DNA of 63,989 nucleotides from Chiloscyllium plagiosum. Lineage: Eukaryota. A model generated the notes under the pieces. It searched no databases. It was not told the DNA's origin and saw only the letters and a list, made by a program, of their open reading frames with translations. Below are positions 1 through 11,379 of this stretch, in pieces. Position 1 is the stretch's first letter; every line of letters starts with the position of its first letter. The position numbers were made by a program, and so were the translations under genes. Where the stretch lies: the NCBI RefSeq assembly GCF_004010195.1, contig NC_057754.1:9049739-9113727 (forward strand). Reading direction: 5' to 3'.

Positions 1-257
1 CGGGAAGTGGAAGAGATGCGGTGGAGGGCATCGTCGACCACGTCGGGGGGGAAATTGCGGTCCTTGAAGAAGGAAGTGGAGGGCTTTGAGTCCTTCGTGA
101 TGGGGGATGGAGGTGTACAGGGACTGGATGTCCATGGTGAAAATAAGGCGTTGGGGACCGGGGAAGCGAAAATCATGGAGCAGGTGGAGGGCATGGGTGG
201 TGTCCCGAACGTAGGTGGGGAGTTCTTGGACTAAGGGGGACAGGACGGTGTCAAGGT
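1..257 (-). mobile_element. Penelope-like retroelement fragment (RT C-terminal region)
   Basis: Minus strand reads FFKDRNFPPDVVDDALHRISSTSR. The same family is seen at 50170-52130. Confidence 0.6.
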
Positions 258-714
258 GACAGTGTGCTGTATAACTGTATGGCAGCAGCTTCAGGAGAGA
301 ACATTACTCGTAATGAATGTAGCACTGGACCAGTCAGTCAGGTAAAACTGGTAATTTCAGGTCATTGGTACTAGGTCAAGTGAAAAGCTGATCGATTCTC
401 AGAAAAAAAATCCTATACTCAAAAGATGGATAGACTGAAGCACAACTCTTTTTGAGGTGTAAGAGATGACAGGGGGCAGAGGAAAGGTCAGTAGCAAGGG
501 GCTGACATTGCAATGCGAAAGGCAAGAGAGTTGGAGAGGATTTGAGACAGTGTTTTTATCACTCAGACAAGCCAAGAAAACAAGACGTCCTTATGTGTCG
601 TGGATTAATATGTTCTTGTTTCCCCAGCCAGGGAGTAAGCTATCCATTTTCTTCTGGATGTTAGTGCCTCTCCCTTTCTCAGTACCTGTCCTCCACCCTG
701 TCCTCCTGCAGTCT

Positions 715-1107
715 GAGGCATGGAGTTGTGCAGCGCAGAGGCAGACCCTTCGGCTCAGCTTGTCTATGCCGACCAGGTTTCCCGGGCTGGACTTGACCCA
801 TTTGTCTGCATTTGGCCCTGTCTCTCTGGGCCTTTCCTGTTCATGTGCCTGTCTGGATGTCTAACCTGTCTGGATGTCTAATTATAGGTGTGCCTTCATC
901 CACCACTTCCTCTTGCGGTTCATTCTGCAGGCTACCCTCTGTGTGGAGAGGTTGCCCCTTTGGTCACTATTGAATCTTTCCCCTCTTGCCTTGAATCTGT
1001 GCCCTCTGGTTTTTGGACTCCCCTATGCTTGAGGAGGATCCTTGGTTATTCGCCCTATCCCTTCCCCACGTGATTTTATGGATCTCTGTAGGGTCACATC
1101 TCGGCCT
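715..1107 (-). mobile_element. CR1/HER1 LINE 3' fragment, host of the Gypsy insertion (resumes at 7523-~7670)
   Basis: Matches the CR1 3' ends at 12305-12725 and 48945-49420. The sequence is continuous across the LTR element (ggtcacatctcggcct | ccagtgctccaggg). Confidence 0.75.
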
Positions 1108-1971
1108 TGTTATGAAGTTGAAGGTGTGTACTGTACCTTTAGGAGAGAGTGAAAGCTGTCATGTGACAGAGTGTGTTGGAAATTTTAAAAATCTAACATT
1201 TAGCTATGAAACAAATAGCTGAGTTCACATGCTATGTTTTCACAACAATTTGAATTCAACCAATCAATTTAAATTATGCCCCAAGACACTAAAACCCAAT
1301 TGAATTTGAATGTTACTGTTTTGACAACATCGAGCCAATGAAACGATCTGATATTTTGAGGTATAAAAAGCAAGCATTTTGGACAGTTAGCCAAAGAGAC
1401 AATGAACCCCTACTGCTATACAGACCGCCAGCAACCCTTCTCTCTGAAAGGTACCTTTTCATGTGAAACAGCTTTGCAGCAGAAGACTGAAGACAACCCA
1501 GGGAAATCTACAGAGGAGAATTGACACAGCTGGCTGGTTTTGAAAACTGACTTGCTGTAAATTTAGTTGGGGCTTTATTGGATCAGTATATTGTTGTGGA
1601 GCGGGAGGTAGACAACAAATTTAAGAGAAAGGAGGCTTACAATTGTAAATAGTTGTTGTTTAATGTTCTGTTTTGGAGTTAAAGATTAACATTGTTATTC
1701 TTTCTTTAAATAGTGGGAGTTCTCACACTTTAGTAGATTATGAGGCAAGGTGAGCTTTTCTGTGTGGAGAAAGTGAGGACTACAGATGCTGGAGATCAGA
1801 GTCGAGGGTGTGGTGCTGGAAAAGCTTCATCGTGATGAAGGGCTTTTGCCCAAAACATCGATTCTCCTGCTCCTCGGATGCTGCCCGACCTGCTGTGCTT
1901 TTCCAGCACCGCAGTCTTGACTCTGAACTTTTCTGTGTGTTTGGTTTAAGGATTTACCCTATGTCGTAACA
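1108..1971 (+). repeat. 5' LTR (contains a 157-bp secondary insertion at 1767-1923)
   Basis: TG...CA ends, a TATA-like gtataaaa at ~1361, and colinearity with 6796-7522. Confidence 0.92.
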
Positions 1972-1974
1972 GTT

Positions 1975-1994
1975 TGGGGGCTCGGGTCCGTGAT
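1975..1994 (+). promoter_or_regulatory. Primer-binding site, tRNA-Pro type (degenerate)
   Basis: TGGGGGCTCGGGTCCGTGAT lies 3 nt after the LTR, compared with the canonical Pro PBS TGGGGGCTCGTCCGGGAT. Confidence 0.8.
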
Positions 1995-2173
1995 TTGGAC
2001 AGGTTTAGACAGATCCAGTCTGAGATTTGGACAGATTTGAACAGATTTGGGGTAAAAGATCCCAGCAGATTTAAACACTTGCCGATTAGTGCCCTAGATC
2101 TTTAAATAAAACATAGAGGAGACAATTTGTTTAATTTGGTTATTTATGGTTGGTTAAATTAAAAGTGAGAGAA

Positions 2174-5100
2174 ATGGCTCTTAAAATTGCTAAAGAGGTT
2201 CTGGGGTTTGAAGATGATTCCCAAATTTGCCAAGAAAGTTTAGAAAGAAAAGACCATACTTTTAGAATTAGCATAGATGTTAGAATTAGGTTTAACTAAG
2301 AACAAAAGCAAAGTTGAAAGTGTAAGGGCATTACTTAAACTGTGTCAAAGAAACAGACAAGTGCAGTAGAGTTAGAAAAACCAAAATTGCAATTGAGGAC
2401 AATGGAGTTAGAAGATAAAGAGAGAAAGAGGAAAGAGAAAGGCAGGAAGAGGAAAGAGAGAGAGAGAGGAAAAAGAAAGAGAAAGAAGGTTCTTAGCTGA
2501 GCAAAGAATAGAGAAGAAAGGGAGAAAGAGAAAAGAAAGAGAAATGGAGAGAGAGTTTGAACATCAGCGGTTAATCAGCAAAGTCAAGTTAATAGAGAAG
2601 GTAGCCTTCTTCATTTCATTTGAAAAATTGGTGAGGCAGTTGGAGTGGTCAGAGGACTTGTAGGTAATGCTAGTTCAGACTAAACTGGTAGGCAGAGTTA
2701 GTGAGGTATTTGCAGTGCTGTCAGATGAGGGATCAAGAGATTATGAAGAGGTCAAACAGGCTATTTTAAGTGCTATGAATTGGTACCAGAAGCGTATTGA
2801 CAGCGATTCAGAAACATAAAGAACGAACCAGGCCAGACTTATGTGGAATTCGAAAGAATTAAACAGAGACATTTTGATGGATGGGTTTGGGCCTTAAAAA
2901 TAGTTAAGATCTATGAGGCTGTAAGAGAGATTATTCTGTTGGAGGAGTCATAGAGGTTAAAAACTCACTTCCAGAGATGAAAAGAATTCATGTGAATGAA
3001 CAGAAAGTTCAAGAAATGAGAAGAACAGCAGAGATGGCAGATGAATATACGTTGGTACATAAGACAAAGTTTAACTTCCAGCGAGAATTTCATCCTGTGA
3101 GGGATAGAAATTGGGATAAGGGGAGATCCTACACTACGAAACAAAGAGGAGAGGACACTGGTAATTGTTTTCCACAGGTTAAAAAAGAAGATCAAGAGGG
3201 TGGAAAGGAGGTGAAAGGCCTCAGGTGTTTCCACTGCGGTAAAGTGGGACATGTAAAGTCACAGTGCTGGTCCTTAAAGAAAGGCGCTGTAGGAAAAGAT
3301 GTGGTAAAAGAGACTAAGTCAGTGGCATTAGTTAAGGTAGTAAAGGAGACCCCAAGAAAAGTTGAGGAGCTGCAGGAGAGTGCACAGCCTAGGCATGCAC
3401 TAGTTTTGGTGTTAGTACCTGATATCTATAAAGAATTTGCCTCTGTGTGTAAAGTTTACTCAGAAAGAACAGGGACAGAAGGGCAAGAAGTTATAATTTT
3501 GAATGATACAGGATCTAACCAGTCTCTAATAGTAAAAGATGACCTGTTACCCAAGAGTGTAGTAATTTGTCAGATAGATGGACAGAAATTTAACATTCCC
3601 CGATGTAAGATCAGGTTGGAGTGCCAAACTGGCGAAGACTGGTGAAGCAACAGTGGGAGTGATTGACAGAGTGTCAGTTCTAAGAATCTAATTTGTTCTT
3701 GGGAACAATTTAGCAGGATCCAAGGTGGGAGTGACACCCCTTGTCGTGGAGAAGCCAAAGGAAGACCAGGGAACTGAGAAGTTAAAAGAAAAATACCCTG
3801 GTATTTTCCCAGAATGTGTAGTAACAAGATCCCACTATCATAAGTGACAGCACAAAGCAAAAACTAAAGAGAAAGATGAAGGAGTTGAGGTTCTGTTGGC
3901 GGACACCCTGTTTGATGTAATGGTGCAGAAAAAACCTGAATGGGCAGAGGGTAAAACAGAAGTGTTTATTCCTGGAAGGCTCATGGCCTGCAACAGAAAG
4001 ACGTGACGATAAAAGATATATTAGTGGCTGTGTACTTCAAAAAGGAAGCAGAGAATATTCCTGAGGGTTATTATCTCAAATATAGAATCCTAAGATAAAA
4101 ATGGAGACCACGGCAGGTTAGTTCAGAGGAGAAATGGGCACCAGATTGTGTTGCCTATAGCATACAGACAGGAAGTGTTACATGTAGCACATGAACTACC
4201 AGTAGGAGGTCAACTTGGTGTATGGAAGACTCAGGCTAAGGTACAAAAGCATTTCTATTGGCCTGGAATGCACAAGGATGTGGTTAACTTTTGCCATTTG
4301 TGTCATACATGACAAATGGTAGGTAAGCTACAGGCGGTAATAAAACCAGCACCTTTGTTGCCAATTCCCACCTTTTGAAAAACCTTTCACGTGGGTTATG
4401 GTTGACTCTGTAGGTCCCCTCCCGAGAACTAAAAGTGGGAACCAATACTTGCTAACCATAATGGATGTGTCTATCAGATTTCTGGAGGCAATTCCGTTAC
4501 GGAACATTAAGGCAAAAAGGGTGGTAGAGGTGTTCGTAGCTTTCTTCACACAATATGGGCTACCTAGAGAGATTCAGTCAGATCAAGGGTCTAAGTTTAC
4601 CACAGGCTCTTTGAGGAAGTCATGAATAGCTTAGGTATACAGTACTTTAAATTAAGTGTGTATCATCCTGAATCCCAGGGAGCTTTAGAAAGGTGGCATC
4701 AGACCTTGAAAACCGTGTTGAGAGCATACTGTCAGGATTACCTGAACGATTGGGCTAAAGATATCCCATTTGTACTGTTTGCCATTAGAGATGCCACAAA
4801 TGGATCCACTCAGTTTACTCCCTTTGAGTTAATATTTGGACATGAAGTGAGAGGCCATTTGAAATTAATTAAATAGAAATTGACAGGACCAAAGTCGGAG
4901 ATCTCGCACTTGAATTATGTATCGGAGGTGAGGGAGAGATTAAATTGAGTAGATTAGCTAAACAGCACCTAAAAAGGGCACAGAATAGAATGAAGCAGGT
5001 GGCAGATAAAAACTCTGAAATTCAGACCTTTTCCCATGGAGGTGATGTATTAATATTGTTAGCAGTCATAGGAGAACCCTTCAAAGTCAGGTTTAGTGGT

Positions 5101-6622
5101 CCCTATCAAATTGAGAAAAAGGTGAGTCAGGTGAACTATCTGGAAAAGATGCCAGTTAGGAAAAACTGTATTGGGTGTGTTATGTGAATATGTTGAAATC
5201 TTATTATAAGAGAGAGAGAGAATTGGAGAAACAGATGTTAGTTACTGCCCTGCAGAGTGAGGAATCAAATCCAGATGTTGTGGAGTTTGATATGCTTCAA
5301 AATACGTTAAACAATGAGGAAGACCTTGAGGAATGGGATAGGTTAATAAACTATCTGTCTCAGGAGTTGAAAGGTTTGTTAGAGCTGTATGAGGACATAT
5401 ATAAGAATAAAATGGGGAGGACTAATGCTATTGTGCATGAGGTAGATGTGGACAATGCTGTTCCAATAAAACAACACCCCTACAAGCTTAATCCTTTCAA
5501 TGCCAGATAAGTCCAGAAGGAAATGGAAGCGATGCTTAACGAAGATATCATCAAACTGAGTCAGAGTGAGTGGAGTTTGTCGATCATCTTAGTTCCCAAA
5601 TCTGACAGGACTCAACGATTATGTGTGGACTATCGAAAGGTCAATGCCATAACAAAATCGGACTCATTCCCAATTCTGAGATTGGAGGACTATATAGAGA
5701 AAGTTGGATAAGCCAGTTACATCACAAAGTTGGACTAACTGTGTGGTTATTAGCAGGGACCTTTATCAGAGGAAGTGAAAGAAATTTCTGCATTTGTAAC
5801 CCCAAATGGGCGATATCAATTCAAAGTGATGCCCTTTGGTATGAAGAAAGCATCCACCACATTCCAAAGACTCATGAACAGTGTTGTGGCTGGATTATGA
5901 GAAGCGAAACTGGTAATAAACTTACAGAAAACAGAATTCACGAAAGCAGAGATGACGTTCTTTGGACATAACATCGTTCATGGAAGGTTGACCCCAAGAA
6001 ACGCAAAGACGAAGGCCATCGAGGAATTTCATGACTAACCTCGAAGAAAGAGGTGCTTCAGATTTTGGGTCTTCTACCAAAGCGAATTCTACCAGAAGTT
6101 TGTTTCAAACTTCAGCAACATAGTGGCACTATTAACAGATTGCTGAAGAAGAACCCAAAGTTTCAGTGGACAGAACAATGCCGGGGATATTTGACAATTT
6201 ACAAGCAGTATTAAACATCCCACCAGTTTTAGCTCTACCAAATGTTTTGAAACCCTTCAAAGTTGCAATTGATGCTAGCGACACAGGAGTTGGAGCTGTA
6301 CTGCCACAGGAAGATGACGGAATTGAACTGCCAGTTGGTTACTTTTCAAAGAAACTCAACAACTATCAGAGAAAATACTCTATGATTGAAAAATATTTAT
6401 TGAGTTTGGTACTGGCCTTACAACATTTTAATGTGTATGTCAGAAACAATATGTCGGAGACAGTTGTGTACATGGATCACATCCTCTTACATTCTTGGAA
6501 TGCTTTAAAGACAAGAATATGAGACTATTTTGTTAGAGTCTTATGTTCCAGACTTTTAATTTACAAATTGTACATGTTGTGGCTCATAAGAATGTGATAG
6601 CAGATGCGTTATCTTGGCTTTA
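2174..6622 (+). pseudogene. Disrupted gag-pol of the Gmr1-like element
   Basis: Gag has a SCAN-like capsid segment (~2660-2950) and the knuckle CFHCGKVGHVKSQC. Protease DTGS. Integrase VDSVGPLPRTKSGNQYLLTIMD, SDQGS, YHPESQGALERWHQTLK. RT RLCVDYRKVN, with the YxDD segment deleted near 5897. RNase H IDASDTGVGAVL. Many stops and frameshifts. Confidence 0.9.
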
Positions 6623-6784
6623 ACAAAAAAAATGATGAGATTGAATAAATACCAATGTTATATATATGTGTGTGTGTCGATGTTAAAATGAACTTAGATT
6701 AATGTCCTATGTATATCATGGTAATGTGGTTAAGAAGAAAAAAATGAAGCCATCTTTTCATTATGATGGGTCGTTTTTTTTCTT

Positions 6785-6795
6785 AAGGGGGGAGG
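6785..6795 (+). promoter_or_regulatory. Polypurine tract
   Basis: AAGGGGGGAGG immediately precedes the 3' LTR. Confidence 0.85.
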
Positions 6796-7522
6796 TGTTA
6801 TGAAGTTGAAGGTGTGTACTGTACCTTTAAGAGAGTGTGAAAGCTGGCAAACACCAGCTTGAGATGGAGTGCACTGGAAAATTTTAAAATGTAACATTTA
6901 GCTGGGAAACAGATAGTTGAGCTTGGTTGCTATGTTTTCACAACAATTTGAATTCAACCAATCAGTTTAAATTATGCCCCAAGATACTAAAATCCAATTG
7001 AATTTGAATTTTACTGTTTTGATAACATCAATCCAATGAGACGATCTGATGTTTTGGGGTATAAAAATAAGGCATTTTGGACAATTAGCCAAACAGACAA
7101 AGAGCACCAACTGCCATTCAGAGTGCCTGTAATTGTTCTCTCTGAACAATACCCTTTCATATGAAACACCTTTGCAGCAGAACACCGAATACGACCCAGG
7201 GAGGTCTACAGAACCGGATTGACACAGCTGGCTGGTTTTGAAAATTGATTAGCTGTAAATTTATTAGGGGCTTTATTGGATCAGTATATTGTTATAAAGT
7301 GGGAAGTAGATAACAAATTTAGGAAAAAAGGATGTTTATCATTCTAATTGGTTGTAGTTTAATGTTCTCTTTTGGAGTTAAAGAATAAAATTGTTATTTT
7401 TCCTTTAAATACTGGAATTTGGGTAGTTCTCTGTCACTCATACTTTAACAGATGATGAGGGAAGGTGAGCTTTTCTGTGTGTTTGGTTCAAGTAGCAGAA
7501 GGATCTACCCTGTGTTGTAACA
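6796..7522 (+). repeat. 3' LTR
   Basis: Colinear with the 5' LTR, TG...CA ends. Confidence 0.92.
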
Positions 7523-7642
7523 GACTCCAGTGCTCCAGGGGTGGGGGGGGGGGGGGGGGTGTGGTCCTGACCCGTCCAGCCTCTCCTTGTGACTTCGGCC
7601 CTCCATTCCTGGAAATCTCCTTGTGAATTTTTTTGCATCCTC

Positions 7643-8366
7643 TCCAATTTAATAATATCCTTCCTAATGCTGGAGAGTTAGTGCTGAGGGAGCGCTGCAC
7701 TTTCAGAGCGTCAGTGCTGAGGGAGTAGGCACTGTTGGAGGATCAGTATTGATGGAGCATCCAGTTGGAACTGTGTGTAAATGGGACAGTGTTAATTAAA
7801 ACATTGTTGTTTGTCAGTTATATAAATAATTTAGCTGAGAATATAGAAGGCATGGTTAGTAAACTTGTGGATGATACCAAAATTGATGGTATAGCGGACA
7901 GTGAAGAAGGTTATCTCAGTTTTCACAGGGATCTTGATCAATTGAGTCAATGGGCTGAGGACTGGCAGATGGAGTTTAATTTGGATAAATGCAAGGTCTT
8001 GCATTCCAATTTAATAATATCTTTCCTAATGCTGGAGAGTTAGTGCTGAGGGAGCGCCGCACTTTCAGAGCGTCAGTGCTGAGGGAGTAGGCACTGTTGG
8101 AGGATCAGTATTGATGGAGCATCCAGTTGGAACTGTGTGTAAATGGGACAGTGTTAATGAAAACATTGTTGTTTGTCAGTTATATAAATAATTTAGCTGA
8201 GAATATAGAAGGCATGGTTAGTAAACTTGTGGATGATACCAAAATTGATGGTATAGCGGACAGTGAAGAAGGTTATCTCAGTTTTCAAAGGGATCTTGAT
8301 CAATTGAGTCAATGGGCTGAGGACTGGCAGATGGAGTTTAATTTGGATAAATGCAAGGTCTTGCAT
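7643..8366. repeat. Recent 362-bp tandem duplication (2 near-identical copies)
   Basis: 7643-8004 and 8005-8366 differ by only a few substitutions and give twin ORFs MELCVNGTVL... Confidence 0.92.
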
Positions 8367-9010
8367 TTTGGTAAAACAAACAAGGGCAAGACTTATATAG
8401 TTAATGGTAGGATCCTGAATAGTGCTACTAAACAGACAGACCTAGAGATTCAGGTACATAGTTCTTTGAAAGTGGAGTCACAGGTTGACAGGGTGGTTAG
8501 GGTGTCTGATACCCATACCTTCATTGCTCAGACCATTGAGTGTAGGAGGTAGGACGTCATATTGAGGTTGCGCAGGGCATTGGTTGGGCCTCTTCTGGAG
8601 TGTCCAGTTCTGGTCGCCCTGCTATAGGAGGGATATTGTTAAATTGGAGATGGTTCAGAAAAGATTTACCATGATGTTACTAGAACTGGAGGGTTTAAGT
8701 TATAAGGAGAAGCTGAGACTTTTTTTCCTGGAGTGCAGAGGTTAAGAGATGGCCTTACAGATGTTTATAAAATCATGCTGGATAGATAAGGTGAATAGCA
8801 AAAGTCTTTTCCCTAGGGTAGGGGAGTGAGGGGAAAAGATTTAAAAGGGACCTGAGGGGCAATTTTTTCAGAGAGGCTGGTTCGTGTGTGGAATGAGCTG
8901 CCAGAGGAAGTGGCAAATACAACATTTAAAAAACATTCGGACAGGTACATGAATAGGAAAAGTTTAGAGAGATATGGGCCAAACACAGGCAAGCGGGACT
9001 AGTTCAGTTT
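7800..9010 (+). mobile_element. CR1 LINE 3' portion (RT C-terminus)
   Basis: SKLVDDTKI, WAEDWQMEFNLDKCKVLHFG. Confidence 0.9.
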
Positions 9011-9167
9011 GCTGTCTGACTCTATGGCAGATTGGGATTGTCATCCACTACTTACACTGGACACCAAACCTACTGAACCATACCTTCTGGATCCCTTCTA
9101 GTTGCTCTGGGCCCTCAATTAACACTCCAGCTCCTCTGCAGTTTTACATTTGTCTCCAGCTACTCTC

Positions 9168-9369
9168 TAGGAGAAAGTGAGAACTGCAGATGCTGGAGAT
9201 CAGAGCACAGCAGATCAGACAGCATCTGAGGAACAGGAGAGTCGACGTTTCGGGTATAAACTCTTCATGCTGGTAATCCTGATGAAGGGTTTATGCCCGG
9301 AATGTCGATTCTCCTTGTCCTCGACCGCTGCCTGACCTTCTGTGCCTTTTCCAGCATTACACTCTCGGG
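9168..9369. mobile_element. Penelope-derived inverted-pair mini element
   Basis: Head-to-head copies of the PLE 3' terminus with degenerate hammerhead cores. TSD TCCAGCTACTCTC at 9155-9167 and 9370-9382. Confidence 0.75.
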
Positions 9370-9844
9370 TCCAGCTACTCTCAACTTGGTCCCAGCCTTA
9401 GATCTCCACTAGATGATCTGGGCCTCTATCTAGATTGGGTTGAGATGTATGGTCGGCATGGATGGGTTGGACCGAAGGGTCTGTTTCCATGCTGTGCATC
9501 TCTATGACCTATCTTACTCTAGAGTCCCAGCACCTGGTTTAGGAAGACTCCAGCACCCCTGTTCCTGTTTTAATACTACAGTGGACTCCAGTCCCTGGTC
9601 TGGACATAATAAGATTCCTTGGACTATCACTAATTTAACTACATTGTGTTTATTCTCCATTTCTCCGTTGAAAATACCGAAAAATTGAACAGACACAGTC
9701 TTCACACCACCCAGTTACAGTACTGAAAGTCATAAAGGTGCAGTTTGACACAATTCCAAATGAGGGAGAGTTTCAGCCAATGGGTGAAGAGTTGTGCTCA
9801 GCCTTGCCTCTGGTTCACTCTGATTGTTTGGAGGTCCAGCTGTT

Positions 9845-10143
9845 CCCGCCTGGTCCTCCAGCACCGCCCCCTCTTGTCTATTGGTCCTGCGCTGTCGTCA
9901 ATCACCAGGGCGCGCGAGGTGGCGCATGCGCAGTGCGAGTGGCGGTGCGGCGAGGTGGTTGATTTTGTTCCCGTTTTCGGGAGACGTCGTGGAGAAGTGT
10001 TGGTTTCGGAGTCTGGGGTGTGTGGAACAATGATTATCCCGAATTACTTAGGGTATGTTTCAAAGCGAAGACGGCGGTGTATCGATCGCGTGTTTGGGCG
10101 AACTCTGCAACGTGTTGGCAGTTGTTTCACTGGAAGGCCCCAG
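9845..10143 (+). promoter_or_regulatory. CpG-island promoter and putative non-coding first exon (probably of the downstream ZNF locus)
   Basis: CpG-rich, with GC box CCGCCC (~9863), ATTGG (~9880) and NRF1 motif GCGCATGCGCA (~9922). Candidate splice donor CAG|GT at 10143/10144. Confidence 0.65.
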
Positions 10144-10169
10144 GTTAACCACAGCCACCTCTTCTGGGG

Positions 10170-10420
10170 CAGGGCGCGTGCGCAACCGCCATCTTAACGT
10201 GGGTATTGTTACGACAGGGCACGCGTGCGGCCGCCATCTTAATGTGGGTATTGTTACGACAGGGCACGCGTGTGACCGCCATCTTAATGTGGGTATTGTT
10301 ACGACAGGGCGCGTGTGCGGCCGCCATCTTAATGTGGGTATTGTTACGACAGGGCACGCGTGCGGCCGCCATCTTAATGTGGGTATTGTTACGACAGGGC
10401 GCGTGTGCGGCCGCCATCTT
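10170..10420. repeat. 45-bp tandem repeat (~5.5 units), each unit carrying a YY1 motif
   Basis: CCGCCATCTT at 10186, 10231, 10276, 10321, 10366 and 10411 (exact 45-bp period). Confidence 0.95.
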
Positions 10421-11379
10421 GTAGAGGCTGAGTTCCGCAGGTTGAGAATTTGTGGAGAAGGTCACTAGACTCCAAACGTTAACCTTGCTTTTGCCTCCAT
10501 ATATGTAACCTGACCTCCTGAGCGGACCCCAGCAACTTCATTTTTTTTTGTTTTTGTAATTCAGACCATCCTTGGAAGCTGCCTGAACTGCTGTGCTCTT
10601 CCAGCACCACTAATCCAGAGGAGCTAATTCAGACCAGTTCAACTTCTTTTTGATGTATGCAATTCTGAATGGTTTGGATATGATTCTGTGAATCACATCA
10701 ACATTCAGTGCAGAAAAGGCTCATAATGCACACTCTTCCTTGCCTGAGGAAAGCTTGCAATTTCAAATGAACCTGTTGGACTATAACCCTGGTGTTTCAT
10801 TTTTGACCTTGTCCACCCCAGTCCAACTCTGGCATCTACGCATCTTCTTTCGTACAGTATAATGACCAGAACTGCACACAATGGAAAACAAAAACCAAAA
10901 GGACTGCAGGTGCTATAAATTAGGAACAAAAACAGAAAATGCTGGAAATGCTCAGCAGGTCTGGCAGCATCCACTCTGCTCTTATAATCCACTCCATTAT
11001 TGATTAGAATTAGCTTTACTGTCATGTGCTCATGTAAGTACAGTGAACAATTTACAAGTTGCTACTTATGGTGCCATTTAAGGTAGAAAAGTACCTAGGT
11101 GCAGATGCTTAAATACAGATTCTTTGGTATGAAATAGAAAAACTAAAAAAAAATTTCCAGTAGGACATTAAAGTAGAAAATAACTTATAGTCCTTCTACA
11201 CCCAGTCTATATGTAAGGGACTTGCCTCCAGTACAAACCTATTCTGTCCAGGTAAATCAGAGAAAGAAAAGGCTAATAAAGGAATTAATTTTGTATGCTG
11301 ATTTAGCTATCCTATTAACCAGTCCTGTGACCTTCAAAGATCTTTGGATGGGCACCAAAAATCCCTCGGTTTGTCTGAG

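Larger units (their letters stand above)
1108..7522 (+). mobile_element. Full-length decayed Gypsy LTR retrotransposon, Gmr1-like (gag-PR-IN-RT-RH order)
   Basis: LTRs TGTTATGAAG...GTAACA at 1108-1971 and 6796-7522. TSD GCCT/GACT, tRNA-Pro-like PBS and PPT are present. Integrase motifs (4130-5190) lie upstream of RT/RNase H (5430-6620). Confidence 0.93.

Noticed and set aside
10170..10420. CRISPR-like array
   Set aside because: The intervening sequences are near-identical (no unique spacers), there are no cas genes, and the context is eukaryotic.
10055..10468. ORFs with 15-aa repeats on both strands
   Set aside because: By-product of a stop-free 45-bp minisatellite, with no independent coding evidence.
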